A stretch of 64,000 bases of DNA from Pelagomonas calceolata (Eukaryota). The stretch covers positions 806,001 to 870,000 of the forward strand of contig CAKKNE010000001.1 of assembly GCA_918797485.1 (NCBI GenBank), written 5' to 3'. The notes under the pieces were generated by a model. It was not told the DNA's origin and searched no databases. It was given only the letters and a program-made list of their open reading frames with translations. Positions within the stretch are counted from its first letter, which is position 1; each line of letters begins with the position of its first letter. The position numbers and the translations under genes are program-made. Shown in pieces: positions 32,692-42,864 of this stretch.

Positions 32692-33654
32692 ATGCTCCGA
32701 CTACTAGCATTAGTCACGGTAACAACCTCATGGACGCCCGCGCGCGTCGCGCCGCAACCACCGCGCGCCGCCGTCAGATTACAAGCAGCGCCGCCGCACC
32801 CGAGCCTCGGCAGCCTCACATTGGTAGGAGCGGGCCCGGGCGACCCGGAACTGCTCACGGTCGCAGCGTTACGAGCAATTGCCGATAGCGAAGCCTTGGT
32901 GATCTGCGACCGACTCGTGAGCCCCGAGATCCGGGAACTCGTGCGAGGCGAGCTGCGAGTCGCAGGAAAATTACCAGGCTGCGCCGAAAAAGCACAACAA
33001 CAAATCTACGACTGGTGCCGCGAAGGTCTCACAGAGGGTAGAAGAGTCGTGCGACTGAAAATCGGCGATCCGTTCGTGTTCGGCCGAGGCGGCGAGGAGG
33101 TTTTGGAGTTGCGGGAAAGGCTGGGCGTGGAAGCTAGGGTTGTTCCTGGAGTATCCGCCTGCTTAGCAGCACCTCTCGCGGCGGGCGTGCCCGTGACGCA
33201 CCGGGGGGCCGCGCACCAGACGCTCGTGAGCACGGGTTACGGCCGGGGCAACTCGTCGTCGCCCGAACTGCCTCCCTACGACCCTCGCCGTACGATCGTG
33301 CTGCTGATGGCCGTCGGGCGGTTGCGATCGATAGTGGACGACTGCGTCGCGTCGCAAGACTTCCCGCTCGACTGCCCTGCCTTAGTTGTGGAGCAAGCGG
33401 CCACGCCGCGCCAGCGCACGGTCCTGGGCGACCTGTCGGACATCGCCGACTTAGCTGAAAAACATGAGATCAAGGCGCCGGCGACTGTGGTATTCGGCGA
33501 CGCCGTTAGGGCTTTACATCAAGGCGTCGCGCACGGGTTGATCGAGATGCCGGAGCCGACGGGCTTCAGTCCCGTGATAGACGTGCGCCACGCTGGGGTT
33601 TCTAGACCAGCGTCGCTGGACGTGTCGGCGACGCTCGCGCAAGCTGCGCCTTGA
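32692..33654 (+). CDS. UPM1: Uroporphyrinogen-III C-methyltransferase (SUMT, siroheme pathway)
   Basis: LVGAGPGDPELLT, VVRLKIGDPFVFGRGGEE, VVPGVSA, GVPVTHRG; N-terminal targeting peptide. Confidence 0.92.
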   Translation: MLRLLALVTVTTSWTPARVAPQPPRAAVRLQAAPPHPSLGSLTLVGAGPGDPELLTVAALRAIADSEALVICDRLVSPEIRELVRGELRVAGKLPGCAEKAQQQIYDWCREGLTEGRRVVRLKIGDPFVFGRGGEEVLELRERLGVEARVVPGVSACLAAPLAAGVPVTHRGAAHQTLVSTGYGRGNSSSPELPPYDPRRTIVLLMAVGRLRSIVDDCVASQDFPLDCPALVVEQAATPRQRTVLGDLSDIADLAEKHEIKAPATVVFGDAVRALHQGVAHGLIEMPEPTGFSPVIDVRHAGVSRPASLDVSATLAQAAP

Positions 33655-33784
33655 ATGATGGTGCTTGTACATACTATGTCTAAACATACATATAATTACC
33701 TTCTCTCGTCGCGGCGATGGCGTCGTTCAGGTGCCGTGCTGGCCTCCCTCCACGCTACCGAGCAAGCGCCGCGGCGACGGCGTC

Positions 33785-34750
33785 TCAGATCCCCCGCGCG
33801 ATCTCGACGCCCATGACGACAATTTCAATCGAGATCAAAGCGATGATGATCCACTCCAACGTATTCGACTTGTCCGTCGCCAGCACTTCCAGGAAGAACT
33901 TGGAATTTTGCTGGATCAAATTGAGCTTGAACTCGATCTTCCAGAAGCGGTCCCGGATCTCGAATTCGTCTTGTAAGCCCTCCCACACGTCCGCGTACTG
34001 CAGGTACTTCCACGCCGTGTTCGAGCGCTCCAGTATACCAATTTTGGCGATGACGTCCGTGAACAGCGTGTTGTTCAGCGCCACCAATCTAAATAAGGAT
34101 CTTTTTTCGAGTGCGGAGAAGACGCCCGTTCTCTCCACCGAACTATTGAGCCGTGTAAATGCTTCGAGCATCGCGTCCGTCTTCGCCGCGTAGTGATCTA
34201 AAGCTACGGACTGCGCGAGCACGGTCGCGATGACCGCCAGATTGTGCCCATCCAACTGCGGCAGTTTTACGGAGTCAAAACCAATTTCCACCTGCTCCCC
34301 TTCATTCATTTTGTAGTCCTCGACGGGCTGGAAGCCGTCGGGGATCGTGTCGTTGCAAAAGGGCGCGAAGGCGTCCAAACACCAGTCCCTTAGCTGCTGA
34401 GGCACGTTGACGAAGACGACCGCACCATAATTAAACACTACCACATGACCCCTTCGTTCTTCAGTGTTGATCGTCAGCATGACGGAGTCCCGTTCAAAGG
34501 TCTGCGTCCTCATATTAAAGTGCTCCTGGAATTTCGACACGTCGATCGTCCTTGCTAAATAGCGCGCGTGGACGGGCACGGCCGGTTGTGGTGGTTGCGT
34601 CGTCGTCGCCGCGGTGCTTGACCACCGCCGCGGTAGGATCCGTCGCGCGCCCAGCCTTAAGATGGACACGGCTGGTTGCGGCGGCGGCGTCGCGGTGCTT
34701 GACCACAGACGCGGTAGGATTCGTCTCGCGCCTAGCCTTGCATGTAACAT
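33785..34750 (-). CDS. RMND1/Rmd1 (DUF155) family protein, probably mitochondrial
   Basis: VVFNYGAVVF, LAQSVALDHY, EFEIRDRF, KSNTLEWIIIALISIEI. Confidence 0.88.
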   Translation of the reverse strand: MLHARLGARRILPRLWSSTATPPPQPAVSILRLGARRILPRRWSSTAATTTQPPQPAVPVHARYLARTIDVSKFQEHFNMRTQTFERDSVMLTINTEERRGHVVVFNYGAVVFVNVPQQLRDWCLDAFAPFCNDTIPDGFQPVEDYKMNEGEQVEIGFDSVKLPQLDGHNLAVIATVLAQSVALDHYAAKTDAMLEAFTRLNSSVERTGVFSALEKRSLFRLVALNNTLFTDVIAKIGILERSNTAWKYLQYADVWEGLQDEFEIRDRFWKIEFKLNLIQQNSKFFLEVLATDKSNTLEWIIIALISIEIVVMGVEIARGI

Positions 34751-34908
34751 CTCACCCACTGCTGCTGCTCTCCCTGGTCAGCGTGCAGGCATTGCTCAAG
34801 GTTTGCGGCTCGACTGCGAAGTTCAAGTGCTTCAAAAATGCAATTGTTTCGCGCACAGCAGAGCCTAAATGACAGAGAGCTGGGCTGCAAGCGCTGCTCT
34901 CGGCTCTT

Positions 34909-34931
34909 GCTAGTGTCTTACGGCCGCTAGC
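34909..34931 (+). promoter_or_regulatory. GCTAG-N-CTAGC upstream motif
   Basis: GCTAGTGTCTTACGGCCGCTAGC between divergent RMND1-like gene and SNRNP27. Confidence 0.7.
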
Positions 34932-35125
34932 TACAGCTTAAGCGCGTCGAGGCTGTACGCGCCGCTGCAAGCCGTGCGGACATATTTGGCCCAATAGTAG
35001 TGCTTCGCTACACCCCTGCCTCCACACCTGCGAGTTTCGTAGCACCGCTTTGCGTGCCGCCTTCGTTTGGCACAGTCACTGCCTCGCCGCGCCGCGCGCG
35101 CCGAGCAGAAAGCCAAAAAACGACC

Positions 35126-35875
35126 ATGCCCCCGCCGCGCGGCCGCGGCCGCGGCGTCGACAACCGCCCCGCATGGATGACGGCCAACGAAAAGGGCGGC
35201 AGCACGGACGACGCGATCAGCGCCATGCTCGGGAGCGCCGCGCGGGCTGCTAAACAGCGCTCGCGGTCGCGGAGCCGGTCGCCGCCGCGGCGCCGGTCGC
35301 GCAGCCCGCCGCGGCGGCGCCGGAGCCCGCCGCGCCGCCGGAGCCCGCCGCGCCGCGGCCGCCGGTCGCCGAGCTACTCCTCGTCGCGCAGCCGCAGCCG
35401 CAGCCGGAGCTATAGCCGCAGCCGCAGCCCGCGGCGGCGCCGCTCGCCGAGCCCGCGCGGCCGCGGCCGCCGGCGGTCGTACTCGAGCTCGCGCTCGCGG
35501 TCGTACTCGTCGCGGAGCCGGAGCTCGAGCCGCAGCCGCTCGTACTCGCGGAGCCGGAGCCGGTCGCGGAGCCGGTCGGCGTCGGCCGGCGCCGCGCGCC
35601 GCGCCGTCGTCGCGAAGATGCGCGGCGCCGACGCGGCGGCGGCCCGGCCGGCGTCGAACGCGGCCGCCGCGCCCGCGCCCGAGGACGACTCGGAGGAGGC
35701 GCAGATGGCGCGGCTGATGGGCTTCGGCGGCTTCGGCTCGACGAAGGGCAAGGAGGTCGCCGACAACCAGCACGGCGCCGCGCGCGGCGCCGTCAAGAAG
35801 AACCAGAACCGGTCCTACCGCCAGTACATGAACCGGCGCGGGGGCTTCAACCGGCCGCTGGAGAACATTAAGTAA
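35126..35875 (+). CDS. SNRNP27: U4/U6.U5 tri-snRNP 27 kDa protein
   Basis: RS-rich N-terminus; MARLMGFGGFGSTKGK...YRQYMNRRGGFNRPL. Confidence 0.92.
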   Translation: MPPPRGRGRGVDNRPAWMTANEKGGSTDDAISAMLGSAARAAKQRSRSRSRSPPRRRSRSPPRRRRSPPRRRSPPRRGRRSPSYSSSRSRSRSRSYSRSRSPRRRRSPSPRGRGRRRSYSSSRSRSYSSRSRSSSRSRSYSRSRSRSRSRSASAGAARRAVVAKMRGADAAAARPASNAAAAPAPEDDSEEAQMARLMGFGGFGSTKGKEVADNQHGAARGAVKKNQNRSYRQYMNRRGGFNRPLENIK

Positions 35876-35883
35876 CGATTCAA

Positions 35884-36822
35884 CTAGTTATACAATTCGG
35901 AGACGTCGGTCTTGGACCCCGTCTCGGCCTTGGCGATCGGGCCGCGCCACGCCTTCCAGGAGCGGTACGCGGCGTCGTCGCCGTACTGGACAGCCTGGCG
36001 CGCGTCGAGATTCGTCGTCGCGCGGAGCAGTACGAACTGGATTCCAGCGCAGCCGAGGAGCGACGCGAAGGCCGTCGCCGCCGACGCGACGCCCAAATTC
36101 ATGTGGAGTAGCCCCACGGCCCAGCTCGAGAGCCACAACAACTGCTCGCCCTGGTAGTTTGGATGGCGGAAGAGCACGAAGGGTCCTCCCGTGACGAGTT
36201 TTCCGGGGTCCCTTCTCTTGGCGAAGCTCTTGTACGCGTCGCCGACCGCCGCGAGCGCAAAGCCCGCCCAAGCTCCGACACACGCCGTCGCCGCGAGCGC
36301 CCCGCGGAGGCCCGCCGGCGCCGCGCCCCGCGCCGACGCGACGACGGGCAGCGACATGAGCCAGTAGAGGAGCCCGCATTGGATGATGAAGGGCGCACGC
36401 TTCAGGCGCGAGCCCTGCGGCGCCGAGCGCTCGATCTTCTCGCGCAGCTTGCGGAACTTGGCCACCGACAGCTCCCGCCACAGCAGGAACGCGCAGAGCC
36501 GCGCGCCGTAGCAGACGTGCACCAGCGCGTGCGCGCGCGCGATGCCCGTGGGCTCCGCGCGCAGCACGAGCCCCGCCGCGCTCAGAATCGACAGGCCGTA
36601 GCCGTACGACACGCCGTATTCGCGCTTGTAGAAGCCGAGACAGGTCGGCACCGCGCACGCTGCCGCGAGTGTTGGGAGCGCCGCGGGCGCGGCGGCGACG
36701 GCAACCGGCGCGGCGGCGACGGCGACAGCCCGCCGGCCTGGGAGACGCGCGGATCGCGTCGGCAGCGTCAACGCGAGCGCCGTTGGCGTTGTGAGGACGA
36801 GTGACACCACCACGCGGGCCAT
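35884..36822 (-). CDS. DUF1295 (steroid 5-alpha-reductase-like) membrane protein
   Basis: SYGYGLS, YGARLCAFL, GKLVTGGPFVLFRHPNYQGEQLLW. Confidence 0.82.
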   Translation of the reverse strand: MARVVVSLVLTTPTALALTLPTRSARLPGRRAVAVAAAPVAVAAAPAALPTLAAACAVPTCLGFYKREYGVSYGYGLSILSAAGLVLRAEPTGIARAHALVHVCYGARLCAFLLWRELSVAKFRKLREKIERSAPQGSRLKRAPFIIQCGLLYWLMSLPVVASARGAAPAGLRGALAATACVGAWAGFALAAVGDAYKSFAKRRDPGKLVTGGPFVLFRHPNYQGEQLLWLSSWAVGLLHMNLGVASAATAFASLLGCAGIQFVLLRATTNLDARQAVQYGDDAAYRSWKAWRGPIAKAETGSKTDVSELYN

Positions 36823-37036
36823 GGTTGCTCCGACAACTCTGGGAGAGGCCTGATGCTCTCTGTACGAGACCAGCGCGCAGCTGCGCAGGAGCAGACCTTC
36901 AGGCTTTCTCAGCTGTCGAGGGGCCACACGAATCCGGATTGACGCTGTCTGTAGCTCCTCGGACGCCCTCTAAAATTGGCTGAGAGCCAAGCTTGCTGGA
37001 GGAGCCAAGCTGTCTCAGCTGCCTCAGCGGCAAGCA

Positions 37037-37765
37037 ATGATGGCGCGACGAATCGAGCTGTTGCTGCTGGCACTCGTCTCCGCAAGCGCACTGGTCGCAC
37101 CGATTCGACGGGCAGTTCCGCGCGCTGCGCTGCGATCAACACCACCTGAGAGTGGTGCTGGCGCCAGCACAGCCAGCTCGGACGCGCCCGCGGGCGGTGA
37201 CGCTGGTCCTGCGAACGACGCCGCCGCCGCGCCGACGCTCGCGGAAGACGCCGCCGCCGCCGCCACAGACGCCGTCGCGGTCGCAGACGCGGACACCGCG
37301 GCGACCGAGCCGGAAACCGCTGATGCCGCGGACGCCGCCGCCACCGCCTCCACAAAATTCCGCGGCGCCGACGCGAACAAGCCCAAGGACTACGAGGATT
37401 TTAATCCAGACCAGCCGGACATCGTCCAGAAGTTCGTCAAGCAGCGCGACGACTGGTGGGCCGCGGACTCGCCCTTCCCCGGCGCGCCCGTCGATAAAAA
37501 GGGTGGTGATGAGGGCCCCATCGACTCGCTGGCCAAAATCCCCGTGCCCGCCTATTTGTGGTTATTAACGTCCACCGTCGGCGCGATCGCCTTCGTGGGC
37601 TGCATCTTCCAGCTCTTCTACAACGTGCCGCCGGCACCGGTGCTCGGCGTGCCGCTCACGGCGGCGATCGGCGTCACGTCGGGCCCCGCGTTTATCCTGC
37701 TCTTCCTCGTCGCGATCGCGCGGGGGCAGCGCGAGGCCGACGAGGACGACGCGAAGTACATGTAA
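37037..37765 (+). CDS. Hypothetical, probably plastid-targeted membrane protein (2 TM)
   Basis: Signal peptide ending ASA-L, acidic linker, two hydrophobic helices. Confidence 0.7.
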   Translation: MMARRIELLLLALVSASALVAPIRRAVPRAALRSTPPESGAGASTASSDAPAGGDAGPANDAAAAPTLAEDAAAAATDAVAVADADTAATEPETADAADAAATASTKFRGADANKPKDYEDFNPDQPDIVQKFVKQRDDWWAADSPFPGAPVDKKGGDEGPIDSLAKIPVPAYLWLLTSTVGAIAFVGCIFQLFYNVPPAPVLGVPLTAAIGVTSGPAFILLFLVAIARGQREADEDDAKYM

Positions 37766-37779
37766 TACGTTAGTCTTAG

Positions 37780-38553
37780 TCAGACCCCGAACGAGGCGAA
37801 GAAGTCCTCCTCCGGCGGCGGAGGGGGCTCGTCGAACGTCATCAGGTCCGGCGGCTCCGGCGGTCGGACGGCGGGCGCCCACCGCTTCTTCTCGTACTTG
37901 TCGACGAGATGCTCGCGCAGCGCCGCGTCGGAGACGTCGGGCGTCAGTCGCGGAGCCGAGTCGCCGAGGAGGGCGATGTTTGCGGCCCTGTTGCCGGGAC
38001 GCATCGCCTGTAACTCGTCGGGTCCCCACAGATACGTCCCGGTGCAGCCCTTCGGCTTCGAGATGTGCGTGCCCAGCGACCGGTGCACGGACGCGCATCG
38101 GAGGCATACGAAGGTCCCATGGTTGACAATGGCCCAAACCGTCGGCGTCGCGGCGCAGTCGGCGCAGCGCGAATTGTCGGGCCGCCACCGGATCCTCTGC
38201 AATTCCGCGTGGGCCCTTTTGTCGTTCTTTCGAATGTCGTCGAGCGAATAGTTCGTTCCCAATTTTGACGTCCACATGGTCGCGGGGATCACTCCGTGAA
38301 GGAGCGACTCAGGAGGCAGAGCGCGCGGTTGATCGACGGGTTCGTCGAGGACCGAACGCGGGGAACTTTCACCGTTCCGTACCGCTGCTGCAAGGCGACC
38401 CGAAAGTGCGGCTGCGCCAGTCGGTGTTGCGCTACCTGTCGGGCCGCGGTGTTGCCCATTCACTGGGGTCGCGGCTTTCTTGGGCGTCGCGGCAACCACG
38501 GGCTCGAGGATAGCTGCAGCAGCGAGGTGGATTGGGTTGAACACCCGCTGCAT
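37780..38553 (-). CDS. ARF GTPase-activating protein (start 38553 or 38277)
   Basis: NSRCADC...WAIVNHGTFVCLRCASVHRSLGTHISK; DKYEKKRW. Confidence 0.9.
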   Translation of the reverse strand: MQRVFNPIHLAAAAILEPVVAATPKKAATPVNGQHRGPTGSATPTGAAALSGRLAAAVRNGESSPRSVLDEPVDQPRALPPESLLHGVIPATMWTSKLGTNYSLDDIRKNDKRAHAELQRIRWRPDNSRCADCAATPTVWAIVNHGTFVCLRCASVHRSLGTHISKPKGCTGTYLWGPDELQAMRPGNRAANIALLGDSAPRLTPDVSDAALREHLVDKYEKKRWAPAVRPPEPPDLMTFDEPPPPPEEDFFASFGV

Positions 38554-38797
38554 GCAGCGGGAGCGAACAGGAATGAAGCAGCAGCGCGGTCGTCGTCTGC
38601 TGTGAGATGCTGTATGCAAAGGGCAGCTCGCAGGAACCGATTGCGATCGTGCGGCAGCAATGATTGTGAGCCTCGCAGCTCGAGATCATTCTTTGTGCGG
38701 GGCGCGGCGCAGGTCTCCTCACACCGTAGACTACGTATGCGATACTCCGGACGGCGAAGAAGGACCAGTGCAGGGATGCTGAACACAAAAACTTTGC

Positions 38798-40042
38798 TTA
38801 GCTCCCAAGAATCAGATCCGTCACCGCCGACCGGCGCCGCTTCGGCGGAGGAGGCGGTCGCGGCGGCGCCAGCCGCGCCGCCGCGGTCCGCGCCGCCGCC
38901 GCGTTATTCCCCCCGCTCTCCGCGATAGCCTCGAGGCGCCGGCGTAGCGCCCGCCGCGCGTCGACCTCGGCGGCGCCGGTCGCCGGCCCCGGGGCCACCG
39001 ACGCGAGGACGCCGCAGACCGCGCCGCAGGCAATGTCGAGCGCCTGGAGCGCCGCGGCGCAGCCGGCCGCGCCGTACAGGCCCCCGAGCGCCGCGCCGGC
39101 GCCCAGCCTCCGCAGGTCCGCGCATGCGGCCGCGACGCGGAAGGGCGCGCCGCCGCGCCGTACCCTATCAGAATCCTCGCGGCTCGCCGAGACGAAGCGC
39201 GCGACGAGCGCCTTGGCCGCGCGGTCGCCCTGGCCCGCGCGCCGCCGGCGCATGATCTCCGCGGCGCGCGCGCTGACGTTACCGCCGCCGTCGCCGACCT
39301 GCAGCGCGAGCGCGAGGACGCCCGTCTCCGCCGGGCGCGGCCGCCCGAGGTAGCGCGCCGCCGCCGCCGCCAGATCGGCCGGCGGCGCCGGCTGCGTCCA
39401 CGCCGGCGCGGGCGGCGTCGGCTCGCGCCACGCGCGCCGCGCGTCCCTCGCCGCGCCGCGGGCCCGCGCGCGCCGCGCCGCCGCCGACGTGCGCCGCCGC
39501 CGCCGCGGCGGCGCGGGACTCGGCGCCGCGTTTGCGGCCTCCGCCACGCGCCGCGCGTGGGCCTCGTGGCGCGCCCTGCGGGCCCTGCGCGCCTCACAGG
39601 GGGCGCAGAACCACTCGCCCTCCGGGACATCATCTAAACCCGCACAGGCCACGTGCAGCAGCCCCACGCAGTCCTCGCCCTCGCCGTCGCAGATGAGGAG
39701 CTCGCCGCCGTAGCCGCAGGCCGCGCAGACGTCCTCGTCTTCGCTCTCGCTCTCGTCGTCGTCGTCGTCGTCGTCCACGGGCGCGATGTCCGTCCGGCTC
39801 CCGTCGTCGCCAATGACCGCCGAGAACGCGCCCTTGCAGTAGGGACACAGCGTGTTGATGCGTGCCCATTCCAGCAAACACGACAGGTGGAAGCGGTGGC
39901 GGCACGTCTCGGGGCGACCGACCTCGTCATTCAATGCGTCGAGGCAGATGGCGCAGCACTCGTCTTCTTCATTTTCTGCGCCGCCGGTGGTGCTGGCTGC
40001 AGCGGCGTCAGCCTGTGGTGCTGCTTGGGGGCTGTCCGACAT
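38798..40042 (-). CDS. RING and PHD finger protein
   Basis: CAICLD...CRHRFHLSCLLEW...CPYC; CAACGYGGELLICD...HVACAGLDDVPEGEWFCAPC. Confidence 0.88.
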   Translation of the reverse strand: MSDSPQAAPQADAAAASTTGGAENEEDECCAICLDALNDEVGRPETCRHRFHLSCLLEWARINTLCPYCKGAFSAVIGDDGSRTDIAPVDDDDDDDESESEDEDVCAACGYGGELLICDGEGEDCVGLLHVACAGLDDVPEGEWFCAPCEARRARRARHEAHARRVAEAANAAPSPAPPRRRRRTSAAARRARARGAARDARRAWREPTPPAPAWTQPAPPADLAAAAARYLGRPRPAETGVLALALQVGDGGGNVSARAAEIMRRRRAGQGDRAAKALVARFVSASREDSDRVRRGGAPFRVAAACADLRRLGAGAALGGLYGAAGCAAALQALDIACGAVCGVLASVAPGPATGAAEVDARRALRRRLEAIAESGGNNAAAARTAAARLAPPRPPPPPKRRRSAVTDLILGS

Positions 40043-40158
40043 CACTATTGCTGCAAAGTCGCACTGGACAGCTCCTGGGAGCCCAGCTAGATTGCTACCA
40101 GACGCCAGTAGATGATTTTTGGCTAGTTTTTTGCCTGCGGCTTGGACTTTTTGTGCTT

Positions 40159-40182
40159 GCTAGTGTCTTACTGGACGCTAGC
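40159..40182 (+). promoter_or_regulatory. GCTAG-N-CTAGC upstream motif
   Basis: GCTAGTGTCTTACTGGACGCTAGC between divergent genes. Confidence 0.65.
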
Positions 40183-40390
40183 TGCGCTCGACTGACTACG
40201 ACCGAGCATACATCGATTTCACGGCGTGCACGCTTCATTCGCACCGTCGTGGCAGACTTAGGGTTCATCTGCGTCGCCGTGGGCAGCCCTACTGCATCGC
40301 TACACCCTTTGCTGCTCTGCCCAAGGAGTGGTGGCACAGTGGTGGCTGCCCATGCTCAAGCGCATTGATTGCTTCAAACCCTTAACATAC

Positions 40391-41278
40391 ATGAGCTGGA
40401 GTGCCGTTCTCGTCGCCGCGGTCGCCGCGGCAGTCGATGTCGACCGGAAGCGCTGCGCGGCGCCGGGCCGCTACGAGCCGCGAAACGGCACGGATTTGCT
40501 GGGTCGAGCGTTCGACGGACCGTCATTCTTCGGCGAAGGACGGTGGCTCAATAACAAGTACGTCCTGGAGCCGCCCTGCGATTTAAAAAAAGGCGACGCA
40601 TTCGCGTGCGCCGTCGTCGCGAAGATCCCGCGCAACGGAAGCAGGGCCCGGATATTGACGGTCGGCGACAGCATCAGTATCCGCCAATTCCAGGACTTTA
40701 AGCGTCGTGTACAACGCTGCGACGCCGACGTGGCGTTCCTGCGCGCCGACAGATTGCGCGAGCGGGACCTCGCGAAGGGGCAGCAGACGGCGTATCCTGT
40801 ATGCAAAGCGGACGCGCTCGTCGTGAACACGGGCGCGCACTACCCCGACGTGCGGCCTTTCGCGCAGGATTTGACGAAGTTCCTGCGGTCGCTCAACGAG
40901 ACCTGTCCGACGAGGCCCGTGACCGTCTTCCGGACGACGCCCGAGGGTAATCCGCTCTGCAACTCGAAGATGGTCGTGCGCGACTGGGAGGCCCAGGTCT
41001 GGAGCGTCCTGAACGGGAGCCGGCCGGTGCCGAACGACGCTTTATTGTTCTCGCGCGGGTGGCACTGGGACCTCTTCCAGCGGTACAACGCCGAGGCGGC
41101 GCGTTTGGTGGAGGCCTACGACTGGATTAAGCTAGTTGACGTCGCGGCGATGGCGCGCCGCGTACCCGTGGCAAAGTGGGAGCGGCGGCCCGGCAAACCC
41201 AAAGATTGCCTCCACGGGAGCCCCGCGGTGCCGTGGTACAATTCAATGATCCTCAACGTCCTTGACGCGGTATTGTAA
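40391..41278 (+). CDS. Secreted SGNH / PC-esterase (TBL-like) protein
   Basis: TVGDS, VNTGAHY, VFRTTPEG, DCLH. Confidence 0.75.
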   Translation: MSWSAVLVAAVAAAVDVDRKRCAAPGRYEPRNGTDLLGRAFDGPSFFGEGRWLNNKYVLEPPCDLKKGDAFACAVVAKIPRNGSRARILTVGDSISIRQFQDFKRRVQRCDADVAFLRADRLRERDLAKGQQTAYPVCKADALVVNTGAHYPDVRPFAQDLTKFLRSLNETCPTRPVTVFRTTPEGNPLCNSKMVVRDWEAQVWSVLNGSRPVPNDALLFSRGWHWDLFQRYNAEAARLVEAYDWIKLVDVAAMARRVPVAKWERRPGKPKDCLHGSPAVPWYNSMILNVLDAVL

Positions 41279-42470
41279 TCATGTGTTGTTAAAGGATACC
41301 TCAAACACCACAGGCTGGTGGTCGCTCAGGTAGCCGTCCGTCGCGAAGACGCCGCCGCCCGCGAAGGCCGCGCCGGGCGAGCAGAACGCGTGGTCGATCG
41401 TGCGGTCCGGCGCCGGCGACGTCCAGGGCTTGTAGGTCGCGCGGCGTGTTGATGCGTCCCGCCTGTGTATTTTTAGGCTATTTTTTGTTGTTGTGGCGCT
41501 CTCGTGTGGCGTCTCGGCGGAGCCCCCCAGACGCCGTCGACGCGAAACGCCATCGACGCGAAGGTAAATAAATGTAGAAACCAAATGTCGTGGCCGCGAC
41601 GCCTGCTCGATGGCGTGATTTCCACACCGCATCCCGCCAGAGCGGCACAATATTAGGATCAACATACAGCGGCGCCGCGGGCGTGTTCGATTCGGGGTAG
41701 AGCGCGGCCTCGTCCTTGGCGAGAGTCGAAGCGTCCTCGTACGGCGTCAGAGAGTTGAGGTCACCCGCTAGCAAGAACTCCTTCCCCTCTACCAATTCGC
41801 GCAGCCTCGAAATCTGCCGTTCGACCGTCCCGTCTCCATACGAAAACGCTGAGAGATGGGTGTTGAAGAGCGTCGGGCCATTGACTAGTGGCGTCTCGAG
41901 GACGCACCTCCTAAGATTAAACAGCTGGCGCACGCGCGACTCCCGTAGCAGGGGCAGCTGGTGCCGTGTCGCATCTTGCAATTGATATTTCGACAAGGTA
42001 CACAAGTGCATGCCGATGCGGCCGACGTGTTCATTTTTAGGGTGTGGGACATAGGGCACCCGCCAGTACGCCGCCGACGCCGCGCAGGGAAAGTCGAGGC
42101 GTTCTCGCAATAGTTTGAACTCATCAATCTTGTGCGTCCGTCGGCTTCGCCGGTCGACCTCCTGGAGGAGCACGACGTCGGGATCGATGGTGGCGATGGC
42201 GTCGCCGATTTTTTTAATGCCTTGTTCCACTTCGGGTCTCGGCGCGCTGACGGCGTCGCCGCCGTCGTAAAAGTAGTGCTGCCGGATGCCGGCGCCGTAC
42301 TGGACGTTCCAGACGCAGACTCTTAAGGGTTTTGTCCCGTCGTACGTCGGCGCCGTTGCATCGTTCCAGAGGCCCGCCGGTCTCGTTTTTTTGAAATGCT
42401 GGATGGTGCGGCGCAGCGGGCGCAGGCCGCTTGTGATGGCTATGCTTGCTGCGAGGAGGGTAATGCGCAT
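41279..42470 (-). CDS. Endonuclease/exonuclease/phosphatase (EEP) family protein; exons 42470-41638, 41462-41279
   Basis: WNVQY, VLLQEVD, NTHLSAF, AGDLN, IDHAF, SDHQPV; a GC-AG intron restores the frame. Confidence 0.88.
41463..41637 (-). mobile_element. Introner-type GC-AG intron (175 nt)
   Basis: Minus strand: TSD GCGGGATG / GCGGGACG (7/8); 5' TIR CGGTGTGGAAATC; 3' end AAATACACAG. Confidence 0.8.
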
Positions 42471-42674
42471 GGCTGTCTGCAGCTTGCAGCAAAGCGGGTG
42501 TCGCGAGGTTGCAGCAGAGATGGATTTTCGAGGTTCTGCGCTGCACAGAAATGAGTTATGCGTGCGCCGGCTGGCGTGCAGCTTCTGTATGACAGCAGGC
42601 GGCCGCTTTTTTAGCTTATGCTCTCAAGGCTGCAAGGCAGAGCCCGCACGTCGAGATTGGGGCAGCACTCCCAA

Positions 42675-42864
42675 AAACAATGCCAAACAATGCCAAACAA
42701 TGCAACAAACAAAATGCTCCGGTGCGCCGCGGCGTGCAATGGCGACCCCCGGCGTAACGGCGGCGTTCGCGCGGGCCCGCGTCGCAGCCCCAGAAAAAAG
42801 AGCCACCTTGGGAGATCGAGGAATGCGTGCGGGAGGGCTCCCGGGAGGGCTCCCGGGAGGGCCC
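42675..42864. repeat. Two short tandem repeats
   Basis: (AAACAATGCC) ~3 copies at 42675-42703; (GGGAGGGCTCCC) ~3 copies at 42831-42864. Confidence 0.8.

Noticed and set aside
35259..35580. Dense short repeats (CGCAGC/CGGAGC)
   Set aside because: Encode the RS domain of SNRNP27; not an array or satellite.
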